Below are positions 1 through 9,145 of a stretch of 64,000 nucleotides of DNA, piece by piece. Below the pieces are notes generated by a model. It saw nothing but the letters and a program-made list of their open reading frames with translations. It did not search any database and was not told the DNA's origin. A program made the position numbers and the translations under genes. The DNA is from an uncultured Gammaproteobacteria bacterium (GTDB taxonomy: Bacteria; Patescibacteriota; Patescibacteriia; UBA9934): positions 291,009-355,008 of the forward strand of contig CAYVLY010000001.1 of NCBI GenBank assembly GCA_964452565.1. The letters are read 5' to 3'. Numbering within the stretch: position 1 is the stretch's first letter; each line of letters opens with the position of its first letter.

Positions 1-2010
1 TAAGAACGCAATCGTACCTGTCGGAGCCAAAACCGAAATCTGAGCGTTGCGAAGTCCGTGTTTACGCGCACCGTCTACGACATTATCCCAAGACTTTCGA
101 GCTTCAAAAAGCAAATCGGCAGGAACTCCCTCTGGATCAATATCATATGCTGCAGTTCGATGCATTTGCATAACTTCAAGCGCTGACTCTTCATCTGATT
201 CATAGCCTTCAAATGCACCAACTTTCTCAGCGATCTTTGTTGACTGATAGTAGGTCTGTCCGCTCAAAAGAGACATAACAGCACCAGCAAGGTTTCGACC
301 CTCATCTGAGTCATATGGAAGCCCGCGGCTCATCAAAAGTGCTCCCAAGTTTGCAAATCCGATTCCCAATGGCCGATATCTATGTGAGTTGTGCTCAATC
401 GCTGGTGTTGGGTAGCTTGAGTTTCCTACAGCAATCTCCATTGCAGTAATAACAACCTCTGAAGCTTTCTTAAACGCCTCGGCATCAAACTCCATCACAC
501 CATTCTTCTCTTTTCTAAACGCCATTAAGTTAAGTGACGCCAGGTTGCAAGCAGAATCATCTAAGAACATGTACTCAGAGCATGGGTTTGATCCATTGAT
601 TCGTCCTGATGTCTTACATGTGTGCCACTTGTTGGTTGTTGTGTCGTACTGGATACCAGGATCTCCACAATCCCAACCAGCTTGTGCCATCTTTCTAAAC
701 AAATCACGCGCCTGATAACTTACAGAGTCATTTCCTGTTGTAACTTCCTTTGTCACCCAAGGGGCATCTGCCTCAACCGCTTCCATAAATGCATCTGTTA
801 CTCGCACTGAGTTATTTGCATTTTGGAAGAAGATCGACGCATAGGCATCACCATCCATTGACGGATCGTATCCCGCATCAATCAAAGCCCAAGCCTTTTG
901 CTCTTCCTTTACCTTACATTCGATAAACTCTTCAATATCTGGATGTTCAATATTCAAAATGACCATCTTTGCTGCACGCCGCGTTTTTCCACCTGACTTT
1001 ACAACTCCTGCAAAAGCATCAAATCCCTTCATAAATGACACTGGCCCTGATGACTTTCCATTAGATCCGCCTAAAAACTCTTTTGATGATCGGAGGCTAC
1101 TCAAGTTTGACCCAGTTCCAGAGCCTTGCTTGAAGAGCATGCTCTCAGTCGTTGCTAATTGCATGATTGAACGCATATCGTCCTCTACAGAGTTTATGAA
1201 ACACGCTGAGCACTGTGGGTGCGGATTTACGCCAACATTGAACCAAACAGGGCTATTGAAAGCAGCCTTTTGATTTATCAAAATCGATGTTAGCTCATCC
1301 TCAAACACCTGAGCATCCTGAGCAGAATAAAAATACCCATCCTGACGCCCCCAATTCGCCATAGTGGTAGCAACACGTCCGATGAGCTGCTTCATTGATG
1401 ATTCCCGCTCTGGAGTTCCTACCTTTCCGCGGAAATACTTTTGAGCAACAATGTTAGTCGCAGTTTGTGACCATTTCTTTGGAGCTTCAATATCGTGCTG
1501 TTCAAATAACACTTCTCCATTTGAATCTTTGATTGATGCAGTTCGCATCTCCCACTCAAGCTCATCATATGGGTGAATACCCTCCTTAGAAAAATATCGA
1601 GAGAACCGCAGACCATTTCCATAAAGCGGTGTCTTTGATCGTAGAGGTACCAAAGTTTGCTTGTGACGAATGTACTTCATTGCAACATGCATGAGGTTAT
1701 TGTCGATCAAAGTCATATTTACAACCTCACGGATATCACCTGAGTTTGGAACAGTGTGTCCATCATAAATTCGCTGCAGTCGAGAGATAACTTGAGTAAC
1801 AACCTTATCAAGTTTTGCTAGATCATCGATTCCAGCATCTCCAAGAGATTTTTGAATAGAAGAAAAAAGCTTCCTTGAATCAAAAGGCTGCTCCTGCCCA
1901 TCACGTTTACGTATGGCTTTAAGTGAAGTCATATATTGCCAAACAGCATCGCTAATTGTTGCTGTCTCTTCTTCCACGCGCTGCGTGAGTTGGGGTGTCT
2001 TGTGATCCAT
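1..2010 (-). CDS. nrdJ: Adenosylcobalamin-dependent (class II) ribonucleotide reductase with N-terminal ATP-cone; 3' end runs off the window
   Basis: Manual translation of the minus strand from the ATG (complement) at 2008-2010 gives MDHKTPQLTQRVEEE...QEQPFDSRKLFSSIQKSL (ATP cone), then ...NSPVWFNVGVNP...CSACFINS...GSGTGSNLSSLRS...NPCSEYMFLDDSACNLASLNL, all typical RNR catalytic-core motifs. The frame is open to position 1. It is absent from the ORF track only because it is partial. Confidence 0.88.
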   Translation of the reverse strand, partial: MDHKTPQLTQRVEEETATISDAVWQYMTSLKAIRKRDGQEQPFDSRKLFSSIQKSLGDAGIDDLAKLDKVVTQVISRLQRIYDGHTVPNSGDIREVVNMTLIDNNLMHVAMKYIRHKQTLVPLRSKTPLYGNGLRFSRYFSKEGIHPYDELEWEMRTASIKDSNGEVLFEQHDIEAPKKWSQTATNIVAQKYFRGKVGTPERESSMKQLIGRVATTMANWGRQDGYFYSAQDAQVFEDELTSILINQKAAFNSPVWFNVGVNPHPQCSACFINSVEDDMRSIMQLATTESMLFKQGSGTGSNLSSLRSSKEFLGGSNGKSSGPVSFMKGFDAFAGVVKSGGKTRRAAKMVILNIEHPDIEEFIECKVKEEQKAWALIDAGYDPSMDGDAYASIFFQNANNSVRVTDAFMEAVEADAPWVTKEVTTGNDSVSYQARDLFRKMAQAGWDCGDPGIQYDTTTNKWHTCKTSGRINGSNPCSEYMFLDDSACNLASLNLMAFRKEKNGVMEFDAEAFKKASEVVITAMEIAVGNSSYPTPAIEHNSHRYRPLGIGFANLGALLMSRGLPYDSDEGRNLAGAVMSLLSGQTYYQSTKIAEKVGAFEGYESDEESALEVMQMHRTAAYDIDPEGVPADLLFEARKSWDNVVDGARKHGLRNAQISVLAPTGTIAFL

Positions 2011-2315
2011 AGGGAAACAAAAATTAGGGGTTACTCAATCGACTATTAGCCTCACAATTTTAAGGCATAAATTAAAGGCCGTGAAGCTTGCCTGTATAAA
2101 ACTTCGGGAACGAGAGAATCCTCAGCAAAATATTCAAATTTGAGTGCAATGCTAGGAAGAATCAAGGCTTTGCTTGAGGCGTACTAGAGGGTACGACGAG
2201 AGCAAAACGCAGATTCTGACACCGCAGTGCGCCAAAGATGGATGTTTTGCGGGTAAATCAAAAATCCCAGTTGAGTGGGATTCCACTTCTCCCTCTTCGA
2301 AGTTACATTTTTGAC

Positions 2316-2367
2316 GAACACTATATCTTGTGCTGCCAATGAGAATTGTACCACTACATCTTGTGTT
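2316..2367. promoter_or_regulatory. Two NrdR-box-like imperfect palindromes (acactatatcttgtg and ccactacatcttgtg), about 34 bp apart, in the nrdJ / sigma-factor divergent intergenic region
   Basis: Resemblance to the NrdR box consensus acacTATATATAGTGt; tandem arrangement upstream of a ribonucleotide reductase gene. Confidence 0.3.
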
Positions 2368-2407
2368 TGCCAAAACCCAAAACTGTGGATAAAACACGTT
2401 AAAAAAC

Positions 2408-3307
2408 ATGATTTCACAACTACTTCTAATTTTGCTAAGCTTTTCACGTACCTTTCATGGAGATGAGACATTGGAAGAGATTATTCTCGTAGACAATGGG
2501 CTCATCATTAAGTGTGAGCTCTGCCCTGGCGGGCTTGTGTACCCTAACGGTAGTGAAAATCCCATTGCAGATAGCGTGGCCGGTAAGGACTACTGCCCAT
2601 CAGTAGACCTGATAGCACAAACGGTTCATGTTAGAGTCGGCCCAAGATGGCAAATATTCGAGTTTGACACACCTGACGCCTTTGGTAGATTCTGGACAGA
2701 AGAAAAGAAGAGTGCCATTCGCGCTGTAGCCCTCTGCGCTCAGCTGGGCAATCAACAAGCAATCCAGGAGCTTTACAAGGTCCTGAAGCCCTTCATGCTA
2801 AAAACAGTCCTTAGTCTACAGGTGAATACAGAGGATGCAGAGGACATTGTCCACACAGCATTTATGAGTGTGCTGAGAAGGCTACCGAGCATAGACGTAA
2901 CAAACATCTCGGCCTACGCAACTAGAGCAGCTCGTAACGCGACTTTCAACCTAAAGCGCAACAGAAAGCGTCGTACAGGCCTGCTGCAAGAGGATTTTGA
3001 GCGCAACCAGGGCTCACATAGAAGAAACGGAAATCCGATAAACGGTGCGGTGCGTGCGGATCCGACAGATCGCATCCTTGATGAGCAAAGAGCCGATGCT
3101 ATGGATCGACTGCTTGCACAGCTGACACACGATCACAGGCAGGTACTGATACTCCGGTACAGACAAGATCTGACATATGCAGAAGTCGCCGAAGCGCTCG
3201 GTGTAAAGCTTGGGACCGTAATGAGCCGGCTCAGTCGAGCACACGCCTCTCTTGCTAAAATCATCAGAGAGCGGGGGTCGGAAGAAACAGCACTTCGACT
3301 TACATAG
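2408..3307 (+). CDS. ECF-type RNA polymerase sigma factor (sigma-70 regions 2 and 4) with an N-terminal extension of about 130 aa that contains a CxxC motif
   Basis: C-terminal half has DAEDIVHTAFMSVLRRL (region 2) and LTYAEVAEALGVKLGTVMSRLSRA (region 4 HTH). An alternative start at MLKTVLS would give a canonical ECF sigma of about 170 aa. Confidence 0.75.
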   Translation: MISQLLLILLSFSRTFHGDETLEEIILVDNGLIIKCELCPGGLVYPNGSENPIADSVAGKDYCPSVDLIAQTVHVRVGPRWQIFEFDTPDAFGRFWTEEKKSAIRAVALCAQLGNQQAIQELYKVLKPFMLKTVLSLQVNTEDAEDIVHTAFMSVLRRLPSIDVTNISAYATRAARNATFNLKRNRKRRTGLLQEDFERNQGSHRRNGNPINGAVRADPTDRILDEQRADAMDRLLAQLTHDHRQVLILRYRQDLTYAEVAEALGVKLGTVMSRLSRAHASLAKIIRERGSEETALRLT

Positions 3308-3440
3308 GTACGCCATATACTCACTCCCCCGCGCTACTCGTGCGGGGATCATGCTTTAAAAACAAAATCCCGCCGGGGACGCCGCGCGGGACCGTGCCCT
3401 ACACCAACTGGTGTGGGGCTTCATGCTTTTTAATTAGACC

Positions 3441-3788
3441 CTATTCAATCTTACCCTTTATCTCCTCAGCCTGTGCTTTAGATACATCCTTTGAAACTTG
3501 CTCTTCAATGTCATCAACCTCTCGATCAACCTCTTCTATACCCTTTTCAAACTCAACCTTTGCGGCTTCAACATCATCAATCATCTTTTTGCGGGCAGCT
3601 TCGTACTCCTCGCCTTCAAACAATCCCGCCTCTTTCATCTTAGATTCGATGAGCCCATGATTCTCAACAAACAAATCATTAAGTAGGGTCTCAGTAACCC
3701 CTTCTTGATCAACACGACCTAGGAAGTGCTTTTTCCGATCTTCAGCGATTTGCAATTCGCCGATTAGTTTCGCAACTTTGTCTTTCAT
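3441..3788 (-). CDS. hypothetical acidic coiled-coil protein
   Basis: Complete ORF with coding-like composition; no recognisable domain. Confidence 0.5.
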   Translation of the reverse strand: MKDKVAKLIGELQIAEDRKKHFLGRVDQEGVTETLLNDLFVENHGLIESKMKEAGLFEGEEYEAARKKMIDDVEAAKVEFEKGIEEVDREVDDIEEQVSKDVSKAQAEEIKGKIE

Positions 3789-3798
3789 ATACTATGAA

Positions 3799-4761
3799 TT
3801 ATGCCTCAGCAGCTTTCATTTCACGGCTTCTTAAAACAAACTTATTTGACCTCGGATCCATTGCTTTATAAACCCCATGACTTATACCATTAACATTAAC
3901 GATAGTTACCTTGGGCCCCTCTATCAAATCATCCCTTTTACTTAAGCTATCTATATCATCAGGGTCTGAATCCTGGGCATCAATCGCAGCCCATAACAGA
4001 TCCCTGGAAAGGCTTTGTTCGTCACTATAACCCTCAGGACTCAAGCCTTCACCCAAACGAATAATCACTGCCTGTTCCAAACGCAATTTATCCTCTCGTC
4101 TACGTGATTCTGAAAGCTCATCTTGCAAATCATATATTCTTTGTTGCTGTTCAAGGCCGATTCTTATGGCTTCATAATCGACTGGCTCGACCTCTTTCAT
4201 CTTGGGACCTTGATCTATAGTTTCTGCAAAAGTTTTCCCAGCCTCTCGGACCGCTGACTCAAAATTCAAAGTTATTCTTTGAACTTTATCAAGTGTATTC
4301 CCTACTCTTGTAGCTACTGCCTCAACACCCATGATAGCGACATCTTTTAATGCGCCTCCAACAATTCCTGGTACATCAATGAGCCCTGGCTGGTCTTCGG
4401 TACCAAACACCAAATCACCTGTAGCTACTATACCCCTCTCTGCAAGCTTTGCTGCACCCACCACACCCTTTACTCCAACACCAAGTACTGAATAGCCACC
4501 GACAGCCTTAAATAATCGTCCAATTGTTGCACCGGCCGCTTTTCTACCAACACCCATTGCACCCTCCATTAACTGGTCACCGGCAGCTTCAAAGGTATCT
4601 TCTCTTTCAGGTTGAGCGCCTTCTGGGCCTGGTACCTCAATAGTTGGCTCATCGCCTACGTCCTCATCCGGCCTTGGCTTTTCAAATGATTTTACGCCAA
4701 GGTCTTCAACACCCCTCTTTGGAAGCTTAGCAGTAGTAGCTTTATTAACCATATGTTTCAT
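3799..4761 (-). CDS. hypothetical protein (Gly/Val-rich central region, acidic C-terminal half)
   Basis: Complete 320-aa ORF; no recognisable family. Confidence 0.5.
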   Translation of the reverse strand: MKHMVNKATTAKLPKRGVEDLGVKSFEKPRPDEDVGDEPTIEVPGPEGAQPEREDTFEAAGDQLMEGAMGVGRKAAGATIGRLFKAVGGYSVLGVGVKGVVGAAKLAERGIVATGDLVFGTEDQPGLIDVPGIVGGALKDVAIMGVEAVATRVGNTLDKVQRITLNFESAVREAGKTFAETIDQGPKMKEVEPVDYEAIRIGLEQQQRIYDLQDELSESRRREDKLRLEQAVIIRLGEGLSPEGYSDEQSLSRDLLWAAIDAQDSDPDDIDSLSKRDDLIEGPKVTIVNVNGISHGVYKAMDPRSNKFVLRSREMKAAEA

Positions 4762-4770
4762 TATCTGATC

Positions 4771-5352
4771 TTAAAACCCCATTGTCAAATTAAGTGCTGC
4801 TTTGTCTTCTGGAAAGTCAAAGTCGACTTTTACCATCTGTCGCTCCCCCATTCGGTCATCAAACAGGATATAGCCGTTCTTTTGACCGAATTCGAGCACC
4901 TCTTTAGTTACTTTAACGTCTTGCATACAGTAATCAATAATTTCCTGAACCTTACCCTCTTTCCACCAAGCAACAGCTTGAAGTCCATGAGCGCTCTTTT
5001 TAGTACCAAGTGTTGCAGCAGCAACATCATCAAGCTTTATTCGATACCCAAGACTCAAACGAATCTGCTCAAGCATGTCGAGCTGAGGAATCTTAAGAAG
5101 ATCACCAGGATAATATTTATTCAAGACTGGAACATCGAATCCGACGCTATTGTAGCCAATCAAACAATCAGCTGATTCAAGATCCTTGAGAAGTTCCTGC
5201 ATCTGATCATGTTTATACGACCTCCAAGAATCATCACCATAAAAATATGCACAAACAACAGATACATCTAACTTTTCAGGAAAATACCCCCCTACATCAT
5301 CAAATGTATTTTGCGTTTCTATATCAAAAACAACTGGATTTTTCATAACCAC
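4771..5352 (-). CDS. DEDD-family 3'-5' exonuclease (DnaQ / RNase T-like)
   Basis: Motifs FDIETQN (Exo I), YNSVGFDVPVL (Exo II), YCMQDV (Exo III). Confidence 0.75.
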   Translation of the reverse strand: MVMKNPVVFDIETQNTFDDVGGYFPEKLDVSVVCAYFYGDDSWRSYKHDQMQELLKDLESADCLIGYNSVGFDVPVLNKYYPGDLLKIPQLDMLEQIRLSLGYRIKLDDVAAATLGTKKSAHGLQAVAWWKEGKVQEIIDYCMQDVKVTKEVLEFGQKNGYILFDDRMGERQMVKVDFDFPEDKAALNLTMGF

Positions 5353-5437
5353 AACATTGTATCACATGCAGCGCCACACCGTTGACATAACACAAAAATT
5401 CTGCTAAGTTCGTTGAGAACCTTTCACGGAGGGACCT

Positions 5438-5959
5438 ATGCGGCCCATACTCATGCTTCTCTTGGCGAGTGGATGCTCGTCGTCAGTGGGAAAGCCGGTC
5501 AGCAGCGTTCCCCTTCCCATAGAGTGTTATATCGAGACTTGCAAACACAGCAGTGTTGAGACCTCGATCTACCTAGATAGCCTCATCCAGACTGAGTGTC
5601 CCCAGGGACATGTGTTGCTCGAGTTTGATGTACTGGATGGTCAGTTCTCTGGTGACAGAATCCGCTTCTTCTGCCTACAGCAAGATGAGGTGCAGTGCGA
5701 CATTATGGTAGATCCCGGCATATCATACTCGCTTCTGGTTGGAAACCAAGAAAACGAGCACAGCATCAACATCCAGGGATCAGGCAATGGGATGCTCGAA
5801 TGTGGAGATGGTATCTACCGACTCTGGCTACGACGACCACTCAGGGCCATTGATTCGTATTGCCATTTCACGTATATGACCAATGCAATCGCACCCGTTG
5901 GCACCTTCGCGAATCCACACCCGGAAGGCTGTGCATTCAGAATCAACTTCCGCTACTAA
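5438..5959 (+). CDS. hypothetical lipoprotein (signal peptide with lipobox LLASGC); locally elevated GC
   Basis: N-terminus MRPILMLLLASGCSS; followed by a GC-rich hairpin (gcgccaccc/gggtggcg) at about 5963-5990. Confidence 0.5.
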   Translation: MRPILMLLLASGCSSSVGKPVSSVPLPIECYIETCKHSSVETSIYLDSLIQTECPQGHVLLEFDVLDGQFSGDRIRFFCLQQDEVQCDIMVDPGISYSLLVGNQENEHSINIQGSGNGMLECGDGIYRLWLRRPLRAIDSYCHFTYMTNAIAPVGTFANPHPEGCAFRINFRY

Positions 5960-6008
5960 AAGCGCCACCCTCTCGGGGTGGCGTATCGTGCTTTAGTTAA
6001 ACTTATTC

Positions 6009-6031
6009 AGTTGAACTAAAATAGTTCAACT
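6009..6031. repeat. REP-like palindrome AGTTGAACTAAAATAGTTCAACT (copy 1, immediately 3' of RAYT); part of a roughly 45-nt conserved unit tagttaaactt..agttgaactaaaatagttcaact
   Basis: Perfect 9-bp arms AGTTGAACT/AGTTCAACT around AAAAT; same unit repeated at about 6692 and 15896. Confidence 0.8.
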
Positions 6032-6598
6032 GAAATCCAGCGGCACACCAAATCTAATCCAATCTTCTAGAAATCTTTGATATTCTGAATAATCTCTGAA
6101 CTCATCTTCTATAATAGAATTATCTATAATATCGGAATCTCTAAAAACCGACCTAAGACTCGACCATTTATAATCACGCACAAATCTAAGTGCATCTTCG
6201 ACATCTAAACCACCGCCTTTCCAATTATTTGAAATAAATTTTAGAGGATTCAAATGGATATAACGAAACAGATGCAATAAATAGCCATCACGGTCGACTA
6301 ATTTGCGCTTATATCGTGTCTCAAACAAACTACCGGAACGCTGATTTCGCTTATTGAAATATAATGTGTAAGTAGTCCCTATCTTATGCATAAATGTTGC
6401 AATCCCACCTTCAGACGATTCTTCCAACAAAAAATGGAAATGGTTGTCCATGAGGCAAAAAGCATGGAACCTTACTAACTTTTTACCGTCTTCATATGCA
6501 AAACGCCGCATCTGAGAAATAAACCTTTTGCGATCCTGGTCGTCGTCATAGACTGAACGTTTATCAACGCCACGATTATAAATATGATAATAAGACAT
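6026..6598 (-). CDS. REP-associated tyrosine transposase (RAYT), IS200/IS605-like Y1 transposase (TnpA_REP)
   Basis: HUH motif in ...FCLMDNHFHFLLEE... and catalytic Tyr region ...FETRYKRKLV...; flanked on both sides by the same palindromic repeat. Confidence 0.8.
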   Translation of the reverse strand: MSYYHIYNRGVDKRSVYDDDQDRKRFISQMRRFAYEDGKKLVRFHAFCLMDNHFHFLLEESSEGGIATFMHKIGTTYTLYFNKRNQRSGSLFETRYKRKLVDRDGYLLHLFRYIHLNPLKFISNNWKGGGLDVEDALRFVRDYKWSSLRSVFRDSDIIDNSIIEDEFRDYSEYQRFLEDWIRFGVPLDFS

Positions 6599-6691
6599 AA
6601 AACTCCCATTACGGGAGTGTTTATATACTCATCACATCATCTTCAAAAGCCTTAGTCAACCTTAGCTGTATATAACTTGTTAAACTTGGTT

Positions 6692-6714
6692 AGTTGAACT
6701 AAAATAGTTCAACT
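6692..6714. repeat. REP-like palindrome AGTTGAACTAAAATAGTTCAACT (copy 2, immediately 5' of RAYT)
   Basis: Identical palindrome in direct orientation to copy 1; preceded by the same gttaaacttggttagttgaact leader. Confidence 0.8.
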
Positions 6715-6718
6715 AAAA

Positions 6719-8122
6719 TCAGACAGCCGCGATTGCTTCGGAATACGTGGGAAATGCATGCAACATACTTTCGACCTTATCGAAGCTTACATTCAAATGC
6801 ATCGCAAGCGCCAGCTCGTGAATAACATCTCCAGCATGCTCGCCAACCATCTGCGCTCCCAAAATCCTTCCTGTTCGTTTTTCGATAATCACTTTTAGCA
6901 AACCTTTACGCTTATTCTCTGCGACTGCGCGTCCCAAGGCCCCAACTGGAAATGATCTACTTGCAGCCTTCAGTTTCTTGCCCTTAGCATCTTTCATTGT
7001 AATACCAACCGAGGCAACCTCTTGATGCGCAAATGTCACACATGGCACCACTCTATTATCAATCGACCTCATCTTTCCTGCAGTTGTACACATATTCCAT
7101 GCAACAACCTCCCCATCTCTATGCGCCGTGTGCGTCAACCGTAAAGCACCAGAAACATCTCCTGCTGCAAAAATATGCTTCTGCGAAGTCTGAAGCTTCT
7201 TATTCAAAACTAATTGCCCGCGATCACTTACCCTTACTTTTGCCTTTCCCAACTTCAAATCTTTGATGTTAGATCGCTTTCCTGCTGCAACGATCAGTTT
7301 ATCAACTACTATCCTATTACGAGCTTTTCGACCCTCCTGATACACTAACTCAACTTTTGATCCGATTTTCTTAACTGACAAAACCTTTGACTTAGTCAGG
7401 AGATTCACACTCCGCTTTTTCATATCAGCCTGCACAAGCATTGCTATCTCCTCATCTTCATATCCGAGAATATGAGGCGCTATCTCAAATAAATGCACCT
7501 TTGTACCAATCATGCTAAAGAAGGTCGTGAATTCTACACCAACAGGACCACCGCCTATAATCGCGACTGATCTTGGTTGACTCTTAAGCGATACAACCTG
7601 CTTGTAAGTCAAATACGGTACCTTATCGATTCCATCAACCGGCGGCACCCAATCAACTACTCCGGTTGCTATAACAATCTTCTTTGCCTTGTACTTCTTT
7701 TTACCGATCTTAATCGTATGTGGATCAACAAACTCTGCCGAACCTTTTACATATTCAACACCCTTGTCTAGTAATAACTTTTTCAGCCTTTGACCCTTGC
7801 CAGTCACCGTACTCACAACGGCCCGCTTATACTTCATTGCCTGGGAAAAGCTAAACCCAAGTTCACGTGCGGACACGCCATAAGTTGGAAACTCAAACTT
7901 AGCAGCATGATATGCCTTTGCTGATGTGATCATGGCCTTTGTGGGTATACATGCATAGTTTGAACACTCACCTCCAAGCTTGTCTTTCTCAACCAAAATA
8001 ACACTCTTGCCACGCTCGCGCGCACCCAAAGCAGCGCTCAATCCAGCTGAACCGCCGCCGATAACCAAAACATCAGTTACTATCGCCTTTGATCGAACTA
8101 ACTGTTTTTTCCTCCTTTTCAT
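6719..8122 (-). CDS. Class I pyridine nucleotide-disulfide oxidoreductase (dihydrolipoyl dehydrogenase / mercuric reductase-like flavoprotein)
   Basis: FAD-binding VLVIGGGSAGLSAALGA; redox-active disulfide GGECSNYACIPTK; NAD-binding IIGGGPVGVEF; C-terminal dimerisation HAFPTYSEA. Confidence 0.8.
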   Translation of the reverse strand: MKRRKKQLVRSKAIVTDVLVIGGGSAGLSAALGARERGKSVILVEKDKLGGECSNYACIPTKAMITSAKAYHAAKFEFPTYGVSARELGFSFSQAMKYKRAVVSTVTGKGQRLKKLLLDKGVEYVKGSAEFVDPHTIKIGKKKYKAKKIVIATGVVDWVPPVDGIDKVPYLTYKQVVSLKSQPRSVAIIGGGPVGVEFTTFFSMIGTKVHLFEIAPHILGYEDEEIAMLVQADMKKRSVNLLTKSKVLSVKKIGSKVELVYQEGRKARNRIVVDKLIVAAGKRSNIKDLKLGKAKVRVSDRGQLVLNKKLQTSQKHIFAAGDVSGALRLTHTAHRDGEVVAWNMCTTAGKMRSIDNRVVPCVTFAHQEVASVGITMKDAKGKKLKAASRSFPVGALGRAVAENKRKGLLKVIIEKRTGRILGAQMVGEHAGDVIHELALAMHLNVSFDKVESMLHAFPTYSEAIAAV

Positions 8123-8124
8123 AA

Positions 8125-9126
8125 TTATTCACAGAAACTCATTCCCTTATCCCATAGTCGCGACTCCCCCTGCTCTTTCATATAATACCACCATTCAACT
8201 CCCCACAAATAGATCTCATCTGCGCCAATCTGCTTTGCAAAGGCTAAGTTTGCCTCCATGTCCTCAACTGGAAATAATGCGTAAAGATCTTCTGTGGATT
8301 CATCAATATCCTCAATGTCTTCTGGAATCCATGGCTCCATCTGCAGCTCCGAAATAATCACCATATCCACAAATGGCTCTGAGAGAATCCTTTGAACTGT
8401 GTAAACCATTGGTGAATGTGGGAATACAAATGCTCCAAGTGTTTTATTCCAAACTTCACGATATAAACTCACGCCAAGCACATCAAGATTCCATGTTTTC
8501 AAAAACCATAGTGACTGCTCTCCACTTGTTGTCGATTGGATCTGATGTTCTGGATCAAGAAGACGCACAAACCTGACTGTTTGCTCAAATCTATCTACAT
8601 CAGGCGTTGGACAATCACCAAATGGAAAGAATGGTTCGTTTTCAACTTGCCAACGATCTAGAGCTGGGTGATCCCGATATCGTTCAACAACTGTCTCAAT
8701 CATTGAGAAAAAGCCAGCCTTATAGGTTGAATTATCCACCTTTCCAGCCCAATGTGGAATAAAGCATTCAGGCCATCTTGGTACCTTCATCCCCACAACA
8801 AGGGTGACATCGATGCCCTCCTCAGCTGCTCTATCCATCAAATAATCAATAGTATCGAGGTCGTATTCACCTCGATCCTGCTCAATCTCGTCCCAATATA
8901 CTGGGATTCTTAATCGCTCAAGCTGATCAAAGTCTTGCAAAAGCGCCTCATATGTCTCACTAACATCTAAGCCTAAGTACTCGGTATAGTGAGTCGAAAA
9001 CGAAGCGCCGATTCTTGGACTCCTTTCATGAGTCAAAAATCCAAACACTGTGCCAAGCATTACAATAACTAAAACAAAAACAGCCGTGATAGCAACTAAT
9101 CGCTTAAGCTGTTTTTTATCCTTCAT
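8125..9126 (-). CDS. membrane-anchored glycoside hydrolase, TIM-barrel (GH5/GH42-like)
   Basis: N-terminal TM helix after MKDKKQLKRL; NEPF catalytic motif (QVENEPFFP). The start is chosen at the internal Met to avoid overlap; the ORF-track start is 9192. Confidence 0.55.
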   Translation of the reverse strand: MKDKKQLKRLVAITAVFVLVIVMLGTVFGFLTHERSPRIGASFSTHYTEYLGLDVSETYEALLQDFDQLERLRIPVYWDEIEQDRGEYDLDTIDYLMDRAAEEGIDVTLVVGMKVPRWPECFIPHWAGKVDNSTYKAGFFSMIETVVERYRDHPALDRWQVENEPFFPFGDCPTPDVDRFEQTVRFVRLLDPEHQIQSTTSGEQSLWFLKTWNLDVLGVSLYREVWNKTLGAFVFPHSPMVYTVQRILSEPFVDMVIISELQMEPWIPEDIEDIDESTEDLYALFPVEDMEANLAFAKQIGADEIYLWGVEWWYYMKEQGESRLWDKGMSFCE

Positions 9127-9145
9127 ATCCTCCTCTGGCCTATTA

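Noticed and set aside
622-1622. Small ORFs (62-104 aa) on both strands within the first 2 kb
   Set aside because: They lie inside or antisense to the nrdJ reading frame, which translates cleanly to a class II RNR.
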